Shown: positions 24,131-37,868, numbered from the whole stretch's first letter. The stretch: 63,716 nt of DNA, filler included, from Olpidium bornovanus S191 (GCA_017911155.1; 30 parts of 30 records of this genome joined end to end with filler, not necessarily neighbours in it), one strand, 5' to 3'. Program-made: numbers and translations. Notes: generated by a model from the letters alone, not told the origin.

Positions 24131-24330
24131 CTAAAGCGTGTACGTGAATCTGGGGAACTTCGTCTTGTCTAAGAGCTTAGTGAACAGGTCAGCAGGGTCG
24201 TCCGCTGATGCGGCGCGCTCGATCGCGATGATCCCTTCGGCGGCCAATTGACACAGACGATGATATCTGATGTCTGTATTTTTGGACTGTGATTTACGCC
24301 GGAGGCAAACTCTGCAAGACCCCGCATCGT
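24131..24330 (-). mobile_element. Decayed Ty1/copia RNase H C-terminus
   Basis: SKNTDIRYHRLCQLAAEGIIAIERAASADDPADLFTKLL matches the copia SKHIDIRYH..NPADIFTKPL motif. Confidence 0.8.
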
Positions 24331-24599
24331 CGGTTCGGAGCGCAGTCGGCGCGACCATTCGCCTGGGGCTCGAAGTACTGCAGTATAGGACGAATCCATT
24401 AAACCTCCTGAGCAGCGGCCGATCCGGAAACGTCAGTTTGACCAGAGTTCCGTAAATCTTGGATTTATTCGGTCACCTGCTGCAGGGCGTATCGCGGGAT
24501 CCTGCATATCAGAACCGCCAGTCCACGACGATGACTCGCTGAAGTGCTGGCACCTCTGCGGTTACAAGCGGAGCGCCGACTGCTGGAACTCTCGCGTTC

Positions 24600-25370
24600 G
24601 CCGTTTTCCTGCGTCGGCGTGGATTCGTCCGTGTGTCCTCGGAATCTTGCGTCTATATGCTGTGGGCCCCGCGAGTCTCCCGTTCGAAATCAGAGGGCGC
24701 AGAGCGCGACGGCATCACGTTCGCCGCCGCTGGCAGAGGGTGCATTTTCACAAATGTCGGCTGCCTGAGCGCAAAAAACTAGGCTCTGAAGCAGGTGGCG
24801 TTTTTCGGGCGGAACGCTCGGAAGTAGCCCGCCGCCCGGGTGAGGATGCGGACCGCCTCCCCGCAGGGAGTCGCGGTAGTCATCACACTCGACGTGTACG
24901 CCCTAAAGATCACCGGCATGGACCCTGCAATGATCGCGCTCGAGAAGGAAGAGCTTGACGTGGAATTCAACACCGAAAGGTCACATGCGTCTTTCTGCCT
25001 CCACAATCCGGATCCTGCGCTATCCGAACGGTGACGTGTCTTTCAACCAGCAGCACAATGTCAAAAAGAAGCTGGCGCATTCAGTCTGGAGAAGGCAGCT
25101 CTGAAGACGATGCCGCTGGAACCGAATCTGCATGTTGCCGCTCGTGCAGAGAACAAGCCGGCTGCAAACAGGACCATTTATCAGTGGATAGTCATTTCTC
25201 ACGGTACGTTGCAGGATGCACGCGGCCGGACATCTCCGTTGCTGTCTCGCGCCGTGCGCGATACAGCGCGGGCCCCTCGACAGCGCGCATGGCGCATGTC
25301 AATTGGGTTCTGCGATATCTTTGTGAAATCATTGCTTGCGGTTTGCGTTTTTTGCCGCATGCCTCCTGAT
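24600..25370 (+). mobile_element. Decayed Ty1/copia reverse transcriptase relic
   Basis: FLRRRGFVRVSSESCVY, VVITLDVYALKITGMDPAMIALEKEELDVEF and GCTRPDISVAVSRRARYSAGPS..HVNWVLRYL..GLRF; YVDD is degraded. Confidence 0.7.
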
Positions 25371-26989
25371 GGCCTGCCGCTGGTCGAGCGCGAATCGGTC
25401 ACGACGGTGGTTGATCGCTCGACGCGGGAGGACGGGAGCGGCCTGTATCCCGCCCAGGGCACTGGGCGACCGGTCGCGNNNNNNNNNNNNNNNNNNNNNN
25501 NNNNNNNNNNNNNNNNNNNNNNTTAATTAATTAANNNNNNNNNNNNNNNNNNNNNNNNNNNNNNNNNNNNNNNNNNNNCATGTTAAGTGCTATACATTCG
25601 ATTCGATAATATAATAACATTCAATAGTATAATAGTAAAATATAAAGTATAGTATAATATAAAGTACTGGACCATACTAATAACCTATAGGTTACCTATA
25701 TTGTCTAGACAAGCTACAATTGGTTCAAATCATAATAATATAGATGCTCAGTAAGCATCTTGAATTATATAACTTAGGTTATAATATTTATGCATATATA
25801 TAATGCTACTGTAAGGTATCATACTATCCAAAAGAAAAGCAGCTATTTAATTGCACCTTAATAGATGGTTTCGACCCCGTAACAGGTGAGCGCAGCTGTA
25901 ACGAGCGAAATATTCAATCTGCGCGGAGCGCTATCTGGAGATTGTATTTTGCTCTTCTGGCTCTGAGTCTGGATCTGGAGTACGTAGAAAGTACAGGATT
26001 CTGGAAAGAGTGGGAAGAACGTAGTTCTAAGGTACGTGCTATTTGCGCTTTATATAGGCGCGGTGTCGGGAGACTGCTGACTCCGACGGAGTTGTGGCAG
26101 GCTGGGACGGGCAGCAATGGGCTGTTTTACGCATGCGGATTGCCGTAGGTACGGGTGGCCGCGGGACAGCGGAGTCCTCTTCTTGCTATTTTCACGGTTC
26201 TCTTCGACGCGGGCTTCGGCGCGTTCCCCTTGCTCCCCAGTACCGCCCTCCAACCCCAGGAGCAGCCAACCGCCCACTTGGAAGGGCGTCGCAGTCGCAG
26301 GCGGTCGAAGCTAGTCAACTTAGAGCCCCACGGGAGGCCGTCAAGCGCCTTCGAAGGGTGCTACATTGCTTTATTTTGTTGTTGTGTTCTGTTCGGTTCG
26401 TCGCGTAGATGGGGGGGAAACATAAGGGGGGGGCCTCCTTATGCGCCAAGCGCATAATCCCCCGGGGCACGCTAAGCGCATGATTCCCCGAGGCAATTAT
26501 TGCCCGACAGCTGCTCCCTCGCGGCATTCCCCACCTACTGAGGGGGGGTATGCTGCGAAACTGTTCTGTGGCACGGCCCTCGTCCCGACCGAACCGTCGN
26601 NNNNNNNNNNNNNNNNNNNNNNNNNNNNNNNNNNNNNNNNNNNTTAATTAATTAANNNNNNNNNNNNNNNNNNNNNNNNNNNNNNNNNNNNNNNNNNNNG
26701 CTTTTTTTTTTCCGTTAAATGGAAAACGCGGGGTCGCGCGTGCCCGGGAGGTGAGCGTGCGCACGCTCACACACACGCGCGCACACGTCCTTCACAAAAA
26801 ATCGTCGCCCGAACGGCATGAAGCCCCCTTCTTTCGTACCTGTCGATCTCCTGGAGCCTCGTCATGTCGTCTCCGTCGGGAGCGTCGCCGTTGATTACCA
26901 GATGGGCGCTCACCGCGGACCGCGCGGTCACTGACTCTTCGTCGGCTGCCCGGGGGCGCTGGCCAGTTTCGGAGTCGGCCTACGCCACC

Positions 26990-27760
26990 TCGTCTCCCGT
27001 CCACGCGTCCATCAACAGCTCGACCCGCGCTTGTTCCGCCTCTGTCATTGCGCTGTAGTACCGCGCTTCCGCGCCGAGCTGAAAGACAGGATTTCCGTGG
27101 GGCGCAATGAGGGGAAAGGGCGTTTGGAAGGCACTAGGCAAAGCGAACCGCGCCGCACCCCTTCCTACCCCCGCCCCCCCTCCCCACAAACGCACACACA
27201 CACATACGACTATGTTTCTTTGAACGAAATCGCCTTTCTCATACCCCTTTGTAACTCCTGCGTCCTTCTGCGTTTGCCTATTGGCGCCCTGTTCGTTACG
27301 TTCTTCTTTTTCGGCCTCCTTCTGATCTTCGGAGCTGTCGGGCAACCCTGCCCGTATTCCTGCGCAATTGATGGCATCGGTGGTTATAATGCCATTACTG
27401 TTTTATTGTTGTTGCTTTTGTTTTTGTTTTTGGTGCCGATGTAACCGCCAACTACAGGCGTTTACATTTTTTCGCACGGTCGTACCGACGGCCTTTAGCT
27501 GCAGACGTCGCAGTCGCTCTTTTGGCACACGGGTCTCGGTTATGAAGGTCTTTGATTCCGGGTGCGGACCGAGCCCGTGCGTCGCTCGTACGCGGCTGCC
27601 GCGGCTTGTTTCCGTCGCCGAGCTGAGGGCCGACACGCTGCGGAAATCAATTTCGCTCAGTGCGCCGACCCCGGTCGAGGCGTTCGGCGATGTGATGGCG
27701 TCCAGCGGGTCGTCCTCCGTTGAGGGCCGCGATTCTCGGTGACGCTTCAGGTACCGGGCA
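26990..27760 (-). CDS. FSIP1-like (fibrous sheath-interacting protein 1 family) protein, partial
   Basis: The spliced product GDFVQRNIV|LGAEARYYSAMTEAEQARVELL resembles the conserved FSIP1 block (FIKRNIELA..MT.EEK.RL.ELL); the intron has a GTATGT donor and a CAG acceptor. Confidence 0.5.
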
Positions 27761-28750
27761 ATCTTTCACGTCGTTTTGGAGTTGACNNNNNNNNNNNNNN
27801 NNNNNNNNNNNNNNNNNNNNNNNNNNNNNNTTAATTAATTAANNNNNNNNNNNNNNNNNNNNNNNNNNNNNNNNNNNNNNNNNNNNCATGCTAATTACTA
27901 GTGCAATTCCCAATTTTACAGCAATAATTATATTAGCAAATAGCCGAAGGAGTTTGCCGCCAGAGCTCCAACGGCAATGTTCCAAGGCTTCTGGATCGGA
28001 GGCAATCCGCACAACACAAGCAACGCAAGAGAGAGACAAAAAACAGTAAAAATGCCTGTCAGCAGATCGACGCATTTCCCGGCTATCTACGCCGACAAGT
28101 CAGCAACAGCTGACCAATTCCCCTTTTCCAGCCATTGGTCCGCCTGAGCGCGGTAGGCTTAGGTTTCAAGAACTCGTCTTGTGCCAGGGGTACCCTGGTA
28201 TTTTCCGTGAAAAACAAGTTTGGGTTTTAAGGTTTAGTTTAAGTTTAAGAAAGGAAAGACCCCCCTGTTACCGTTATTCCAATTTTCATTGGTCAGTTAC
28301 CAAATGAGAGTATTCCGGCGGCCGCAAAACAAATGCCCGCCGCGCGCATGCCGGCAAAAAAGGAAGGAAGGATAGGAAGGAAGACAGGACGGATGAAGTG
28401 CAGCGTGCGGCAGCCGCCACACACCCCTATTGTCCCTCATACGAGTTCCTAGGTTAGAGCCTGTAGACCCAGCACCATGCCCCCCTTCCGTCACCGTGCA
28501 TCACCCCACCCCTCTGCCTTCTTTCCTTTTCTCTCAGGACAGCTTGCGGAGAGCCCGGCAGGACTGGGTTGGCCGCCACACCCCCCCGCTGCATTCCATG
28601 CTAGTTTGGAGCCGGTTTGCCCCCGGCACGACGCCACTTTCGGCCGCCAACCCCTTCTTTCCGGCGGCCGCAAAAAAAAAAAAAAAAAATAATGTATGCT
28701 GGCGGACGTAAAGAAAAAAACCCCCGCAGCCGCAAAAAAAAAAGAATGCC

Positions 28751-28972
28751 GCGCGCGATACCGGCAAGGAAGTAAGGAGTAGGGGGGAGGGAGGACAGGG
28801 CGGCGGCAGAACCCGGTGAGCCGCCCACTCCCCCACTGACTTCCATACAAATTCTCGGGGTAAAACAGGGCAGATTCGGCGAAAATTCAACAAAATTTTT
28901 TTCATGGTTAGTGTCAGGCGCAACCCTGGCGCTATCTCTGAGGGAGCATAGCTCACTAATGCGTTGCAAATT
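28751..28972 (+). repeat. Dispersed repeat family B, copy 1 (partial extra copy at 28318-28410)
   Basis: Collinear blocks shared with 59288-59502. Confidence 0.75.
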
Positions 28973-29122
28973 GTGATGTCTACAACACAATAAGGCTGGA
29001 TCTATCTCTCCGTCCCATCGCGNNNNNNNNNNNNNNNNNNNNNNNNNNNNNNNNNNNNNNNNNNNNTTAATTAATTAANNNNNNNNNNNNNNNNNNNNNN
29101 NNNNNNNNNNNNNNNNNNNNNN

Positions 29123-30103
29123 TCATGGTCCTCAAACTCTGGACGGTCGCGCGATTCCCACCTCGGAAACATTTGTCGACGACGATGTCACCGTAAGCAT
29201 GTTAGCCGCGGCCGAAATAAGCGCCGCCACCCGAGACGTCCCGCCGCCGCTAGTTTGCGGGGCGGTCGACCTGACTGCCACGCTGGTTTGCAGCGATGTT
29301 GCCTTTGCGTTGTCGGCTCCGCCAAATGATGCTTGCGAAAAAGATTCAACCGCCGCCTTCTGGATAGCCTGCATAGCCTGCCGGCCCAACGACGACGAAG
29401 TAGTTATCGCTGACACCTGTGCCTGCTGCAGAGCTTCGTCAATCTCCCGCTCATGCCGTTCCAACGTTGGATGAAGTAGCGAACGGTAAATGTATCTCGA
29501 GCCCTGTGGCGAAAATTCAGTGAGCAATGGAAAAGGGTGACACTTTCTACGCCACTCGTATAAGAGACAAATTTAAATGTTCAGATCCGCATACGCCAGC
29601 TGCAGAGCATCACCTTGGTCATGGGCAAAGCTAGCCATAGCACGAACAGGGTCTTTAGGAAGTAGTAAAAAGGAAACCTTGTTCGTTGCCACAAAAGCCG
29701 TTGCCCTAGCGTCTGTTAGGGGTATCTTGCGCCTTATCGCGGACTTCGTTCCGAACGGATTAGACAAGCCACTTACCAGAAGAGAAAAATGTCTGCGAAA
29801 AACTCGACGAGAGTAAATGTCCCGAGCACAGCCCAATACTCGAGCCAGTGCACGAGCTCTCGCGCGTTGCGTGTCTTAAGCGCCTTGTAAGATGCGTAGG
29901 CCGGGTACAGGTAGCCGGCTGACTGGCTGCGCGAGGTTAATTAACGTAAGGAACGTCAGTACCCAACTGGGAAAGGCCGCACAAAGAAAAGATGAAAAAA
30001 GTCGTCCGCCGGCTGCGCTCGGGCGCTGGGCGCTTCCGTTCCATCCCGTGTCCCCTGCTGCGTTTACTCACGTCACGGCCCTCGCCAGCAGGAAGAGTAC
30101 CAT
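29123..30103 (-). CDS. TB2/DP1/HVA22 (REEP/Yop1-like) membrane-shaping protein, multi-exon
   Basis: [11 protein letters not shown] / [38 protein letters not shown] / [18 protein letters not shown] / [25 protein letters not shown]. Confidence 0.9.
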
Positions 30104-31580
30104 TGACAAACTCTTGGTCGTTCGGCGCTAGGTGCGCCTTGCCGCCGGGCACACGTCTAGTTCCCGGGCTTTTTTTTTTCCCGGCCCGCCTTCGGACGCG
30201 GTGATTTTGCACGCCGAGAGGGAAATGGTCGGTTAGGCGGCCGCAGAGAAGGCGAGGCGGGCCTGCCGGGCCGGCGCCGGCCGAGGGTGCTGGCGTGGGG
30301 GGGGGGGAAGGTGTTGGAATAAAGGGGTAAGAATAAAGGGGGGACGCTGAGCAGCGGGCACACTACGCACACCAGCCCCTGTGCGCACTTGTAGAATCGC
30401 CAGATCCCCGACATATAAAGTAGGCCTCGCCGAGCTAGAAAGTCGACAAAAAAAAANNNNNNNNNNNNNNNNNNNNNNNNNNNNNNNNNNNNNNNNNNNN
30501 TTAATTAATTAANNNNNNNNNNNNNNNNNNNNNNNNNNNNNNNNNNNNNNNNNNNNCGTCGCGTCCCGAACACGGCGGACGTCGCGTTCGCCGCTTGGAA
30601 TGCTCCGTGGTAGCGGAGGCCGTATTTCCTTCGCGCGCCGTTGAACCTGACCCGCGGGCCTCCGCCACATAGTCATGGTGAACCCAGTTGCCGACGTGTC
30701 CTATGTTTGTCTAACTTTTCGAGGGGGTATACGTAAACGGGGGTTTGCCTTCTTCCGTCACCGGGCGTCAAATTGCACCACTGGCATTCGGCGAAAAAAA
30801 AAACGTCAAACTCGAAACAGCAAACTTCCTCGATCCAACGGGCAATCCACGGGGAAAACCGCGACCATTGACATACTCCGACGCGTGCGCTGCTTGTACA
30901 TCACTCGATGCCCTGCAAATTCGATCGGATTACGTGAGAAGCCGCGTAAGCTCATCCGCTAACCCGGGCCACGCTTGTCCCACGCTTATGTAAACGGGCC
31001 ACAAAGCCGAGTCCTCCCTGCAGCCTTGATATATCCGGACAAAAAAAAAAAAAAGAAAAAAAACCAGAGCCCGCCGGCTGATCACATCCCAGACCGACAC
31101 GACACGCAAAAACTCACCGCATTCTCGACAGCGAATCGGCTCCCGGGGACGGAGGTCGTTAACGGCGCCGCAGTCTTTTTTTTTTTTTATGGCCGAAGGG
31201 GATATTTGGGGTGGAAATGCGGAGGGGAAGGCAGGGAGTTAATTCCCGGCAACTGACGCAAGACAAAAAAACGTGATGACGGACGCGATGTCCCGCTCGG
31301 TGCCGAACGGGGGTCGGACGGAGTAGTGCCGCGCGGTGCAAACAAAAGGAAAAAAAAAAAAAACGAAAGGTTTGCGGGCCAGCGGGTGGCAGGTGCAAGT
31401 TTCACGGGAAACGCGAGGTCCGTTCGGCCCCTCCAGGACTGTTCTCGAAATTTGCCCGTGCCGGGCACCGGAATATCTGGGAAGACAGCAGACGACTAGG
31501 ATTGTCTCTCCGCCCGGCCGAGCAAGGCGCTCCGGACAAAGAAATTCTCGTGTTCTCGCGCCACGCTTCCACACCCACCC

Positions 31581-31621
<41 letters not shown>

Positions 31622-31797
31622 CCCCGCGCCCCCCCCCCCCCCCCCCCCGCCGCGCCCCCGCCNNNNNNNNNNNNNNNNNNNNNNNNNNNNNNNNNNNNNN
31701 NNNNNNTTAATTAATTAANNNNNNNNNNNNNNNNNNNNNNNNNNNNNNNNNNNNNNNNNNNNACAGTTAGTCAGTGAAGATACCGAAGGCAGGTTCA

Positions 31798-32905
<1,108 letters not shown>

Positions 32906-33309
32906 CCTTCAGACTCGGGCAGCTCTCCCCTGCGGCGTTGATACAGGACAAGGGCCCTGCGTGCACGTGGCGCGGTTCGGAACGGAAACAAATTCCCTCG
33001 CGGGCCGTATCAGGAGTGGCGCCGGCACCAAACCGAGGGCAAAACGCCACGTGGAATCACGTGATGTTTTCGCGCATCCACCCTCCCTGGCCCGCACGGT
33101 TTCCGGGACGCCGTCGGAAAAATCATATGACGACCCCTCGCCCGCACGTTTTCTTGCAAACCTCACGCCCCTCGCCGCCGCCCGTGCGCCTTGCGCTCCA
33201 GGCGACCGGAGGCTGTGCGAGTATGCGCTTCCGCACTGCGGGGGGCAGGCCGCTGCACGCGGGCTCGCCGTTGCCGCTGCGGTGTCGGGAGCAGAGGACA
33301 TGCTGCTTG

Positions 33310-35923
33310 ATGTTAAAGGCCGGTTTCGCTCTCCTGCTCGTGTCGAGCCTGGTTTGCTGTGGTGTCGCAGCCGAACCGCTCCATCTTCAGCAGCAGCAGC
33401 AGGTTTTCTTGGCCCCGGCTGGCGACCAGGGCCGACCGACGTATGCCAACAAATTCGAAGACCATCGCGTTCTGCGGGTGTTTCTCAACGACGAAGAACA
33501 ATTGGAAAAGTTCCTTGCCTTGATGAGAAAGGTGCGGCCGACACGACGGTTAGGGGACATTTTAAGCCTTCTTTAACCCGCTGTATAGAGCGGCCCGCCG
33601 GGGCAGGGAGAGGTCCACGGACGTGCGTACCTTCCGGTCACCTCCCCGCGTCCACCTTTGTCCCTTCGTACCGTTTCTGACTGGACGCTTTTTTGCGCTT
33701 GACATCGCCTGAAGGACATCGGGGTTGACGCGTGGTCTCCGCTTCGCTTAGGGTTCGTCGATGTTCGGCTCTCCCCACGGTCGTATAACCAGTCCATGCT
33801 GCCTTTCGTCACGGATACCGGTGTGAAGACGGAGACACTGATCGAGAACCTGAGAGCGCTCGTTGAGGAGGAAAACAGAGCGTTGCATTCCGGCCCAAAC
33901 CTGATCTGGGACGAAGTTGTAGCAGCCCTTCGGCACAAGGATCCCGAGGGATTTGGGATGTGCAGCGCAGAGGACGGAACGGGCTTCGGCGACTCGGATT
34001 GCGAGTAAGGCGTTGGTTGTTGGCACTGCGGTCGTCCGAAAAAAGCAAAGGTGTTCATGACGAGTCTTTGCCTCGTGCGGCGGCGATGGCCGTTACAGCA
34101 TTGCCAGACACCGGAAGAAGCGCAACCGGAAGAAACGCCGGAAAGCACAACCTGTAGAGAAACTGAATCCGTTCTTTAACACGTACCGCAACTATTCGGA
34201 CATATCCAAGTACCTTAACGCACTCGAAGCGGAGTACCCGGTGCTGGTCAAGGCGTTTAGCGTTGGTAAATCCTTCCAAAATGAGCCCATTGGCGCCATC
34301 CGGATTAGCTCCACCAAGTATACCGCGCAGGTCGCGGAGAACGTCGAGGTTCGGAGTTTTGAGAGTGAGGAAGCAGAATCTTGGGATGTGCCAGACGAAG
34401 AAATTTCGGACTTCGAGGTCACAGACGAAGTCGTCGATGCGTTTGGGATGCACTATCTCCGCCGCGGTTCTCAGCGTCGCCGCCAGAAACACTTTATCGG
34501 AACAAAACGGGCAAATCACGGCGAATTTGTCGGACGCAGCGCCCAAAACGGCAAGGAATCGGAGAAGAAATCGATGGAGAAGCGACACATCGTTATCGGC
34601 GCCGGCCAGCACGCTCGTGAGTGGATAGCGCCCGTGAGTATCTCTACCGACCTGGTTTGTATGAACGCGATGCCTGCAAATTCTGATGTGCGGAAAGCAG
34701 TGTTGTTGATGTTGTGATTACCCTTTTCCGCTGAGGCTGTCGCTCTGTACATTGCCACGAAGCTGACGACAAAGTATGGTCAGGAGAAGTGGGCCACCCG
34801 CCTTGTCGACGCTTTCGATTGGACAGTAATCCCAGTGATAAATCCGGATGGGTACCAGTACACACATGGTTGGGACCGGATGGTGTGTAGAAGGCCGCGT
34901 ACGGGTAATAGAAAGGAGTGGCGCCCTTATGTATGCTTTCACGCGTTTTGGTAGTGGCGCAAAAATAGAGAGCCTACCCCAAATCCTTTGTGCGTGGGCG
35001 TGGATACCAACCGTAATTGGGTATGTAATAATCCATTTGTTTGTCCATGCGTAAATTGAAGCTCTTTGACATCTTGTTATTGTTTTTAGGATTTTAAGTG
35101 GAGGAACGGTGTCGGGCCTGAGGATCCATGTAGCGATGGTAAATTGCTGAATGCAATGGGCCTTCGAAACATTTTGTTACCAGCCGTCTAATACACGCCG
35201 TTACCGTCCCGTTACTAGATTATATTGGCCCGAAAGCCTTCAGCTCCCGCGAATCTCGGGCCGTGGCCGATTACATCTTGAACACTCCACCAGTTGCAGC
35301 ATTTATCGACCTCCACGCATATTCGATGTCTTGGATGAGGTGTGCTTTTTGGCAGGCCATTTCGACTACGGTCGATTCGCGTCATAAAACCCTCCGTGGT
35401 CCTCTTTCATTTTTTTGTTTATATATTTATATATATGTATTTACTTCGTTGAACTGTTGCTATTCGACTTATCAGCCCGTTTGGAGGCGACTGCAAAGTC
35501 TTGCCGAGCGATAACGAGGACATCCTCGAGTGCGCACAGGGCGCGGTGAAGGCTCTCTACAAGGTTAATCGGCGGCAGTTCCGAGCGGGGTCCGTCTGTG
35601 ATGTTTCCTACAAATCTTCCGGCCTTGCTATAGACTGGTAAGGAAGTCTCGCTTTGTTATTTACTCGTTTGTCATTTCGAACAGAACGACGTTTAATATT
35701 TCACTGCTATGCGATGTCGCCGGCGAATTTTTCTTGCACGTCTCGCAGGGCGTATGCAGTGGCTGGCGTCAAGTATTCCTACTCCATAAATCTCCGGGAC
35801 AAGGGCAAATACGGTTTCCTCCTACCCTCTGACCAAATTGTCCCTTCCGGCGAGGAGACGTACACCGCCGTGCTCGCAATGGCCCGGTTCATCTTAAATA
35901 GGGAGAAGTTTAGGCCGGTCTGA
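33310..35923 (+). CDS. Secreted M14A zinc carboxypeptidase homolog (Ecm14/CPA-like) with prodomain; catalytic Glu appears replaced
   Basis: Signal peptide, prodomain, [53 protein letters not shown] and [16 protein letters not shown]; the gene is complete to its stop. Confidence 0.92.
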
Positions 35924-36212
35924 CGACTATCCCAGCACGCTGGCTCCACCGAAACCTCCCACTAAGAAAAAAAAAAAAAAGCCAAGAGAAACGTAAAGAC
36001 GGGCCCTTCCTCGTACTTCGCTGTCTTCACGCATAAAGAATATGCTTAGGCAACAGCAGCCAGGCACGTATAAATTTGCATCGGATGCGGTCGCTGCGCC
36101 TCGCTCTCCCCCNNNNNNNNNNNNNNNNNNNNNNNNNNNNNNNNNNNNNNNNNNNNTTAATTAATTAANNNNNNNNNNNNNNNNNNNNNNNNNNNNNNNN
36201 NNNNNNNNNNNN

Positions 36213-37695
36213 CATGGGTTCCGCGACGCCTTCCATCTCGCCCGTGACGTCCAGGGCGCGCAGCGCCCTCCGGATGTAGGACACCTTGGTCGACTTGGGG
36301 TGGTCGCCACGGATGTTGATTGACGAAGTCCGCCCCGTCGCGAAACGCGACAGCAGAACCCGCGCCGCGGCTAGCGCCGGCGGGTTCCGTGGGTCGGGGG
36401 CGAAAATCACGCGCGACCGCACCACGTTCCGGCCCTGCCGGAGGAAGAGGCCCAGGAGGTGCACTGTGCCGATGACCTGGCGCTCAAAGCGCAGTGTCAG
36501 CCTCGTGTCGCCCATGTCCACCGCGACGTCCGCCGGGTTATGGACTTCCACCTCCGACGACAGCTCAATGTGATCTGACGTTCCGCGCTCAACGGTTATG
36601 GACTGAATGGCCAACGACCGGAGACCGGCCATGCCTGACGTTTCGCACGGAGCAGAGGCGTGCGCGACAACGGAACGGACGAAGAAAGCGCGCCGGATAA
36701 AAGCGCGAGCCGAAGATGTCAACGACCGATAATTCCGCCGGAGGCTACCGGCGCGTTATGCCAAAAGGCTCACCGCGCATCGAGACTTCCTTATGCATCA
36801 TGACCTTCGGTATGGTGACGAGGCCTCCAAGCAGACGCAGATCCACTCGCCCCCGAAGGGTCAGGGCGAACGACGCGTCCCCGACCATTTTCTCCGAAAG
36901 CTCGCCGAGCGCCTGGGAATCGACGACGAAGATCCTAGTAGACATGTCCAGACGCGTCACGGGTTCTGTTCTTCGCACGCGGATTTCTGGCAGCGCGACG
37001 GTCCCCACTTTTTTCATCCCAGCCGTCTCCGAGGCGACCGCCGCTGCGCCGGTCCAAAAGTGCCTAGTCGTTTGCAACGCGCTCGGCCTCGCCAAAGGCT
37101 GGTGAACCGAGGGCGTTGGCGTCTTGGCCCCGGTGATGTCGTCGGCCTCTGGCAAAACCTCCAGTGCCCCGGACTCGTCTCCAAAGCCGAGAGCCGGCGA
37201 TCGACGGCGGGCCGCAGCCGCCGGCGTCCGCGAACGGTAGGTCTGGAGCAGCGAGGGCGGCGTTCCGTTGCCGCCGGAGGCGGCCGGTTCGGCGGGCGCG
37301 CTGATCAGCACGTCGAGGCCCCTGGAGGCGACGATTGACACGCTGAACGGGCCCGCGTCGGAGAGGGCGCCTTTGACCGCCATGACGAGCTCGTCCTCCG
37401 CGGGCTGCTCTATCCGCGCCGAGGCGAAAACGAGTTTCGAGCGGGCGACCAGCAGGCGCGCGATCCGCGGCAGCAGCGACCTGAGCACGAACAGCCGGAG
37501 GAGAGCGGCGGCGGAGAGCGCCACGAGGATCGCCGAGAGCCGCCGTGCCGCCGAGGCCGCTCCCCGGGGGGGGCCCGTGGTCCCGCCCTTCCCGAGCAGG
37601 AGCGCGCCCAGGTCGGCGGCGCGGAGCAGGTGCGACAGCAGCGAAAGCGGCCCGCGACGGGGCGACGGCGGCGAAGGCGGGGGGGACGAGGCCAT
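36213..37695 (-). CDS. DUF3712/LEA_2-repeat membrane-anchored protein, partial
   Basis: N-terminal TM helix, then LSDAGPFSVSI, FALTLRGRVDLRLLGG..KEVSMRG|MAGL and EVEVHNPADVAVDMGDTRLTL..IGTVHLLGLFLRQGRN. Confidence 0.75.
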
Positions 37696-37868
37696 CGGGG
37701 CCGTTTCCCTTGTAGCAGGGGGGGCAGCAGCAGCAGCAGCAGCAGCAGCGGTAGTAAACACCGTTGACTTTTGGAGGCCGGAAAGATGACGGAGCGCCGC
37801 CGGGCCCGCGAGAAGAAGGCCGAAAGGGAAAAAAAAAAAAAAAAAAAGGGCTTGGTCTTGTGAAACAC

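Noticed and set aside
25860-25900. Reverse-strand GGGTCGAAACCATC resembling the initiator tRNA T-loop
   Set aside because: No acceptor stem, D-arm or anticodon arm can be built.
29936-29945. Internal GTTAATTAAC resembling the linker
   Set aside because: An 8-bp natural palindrome in an intron of the HVA22-family gene, with no flanking Ns.
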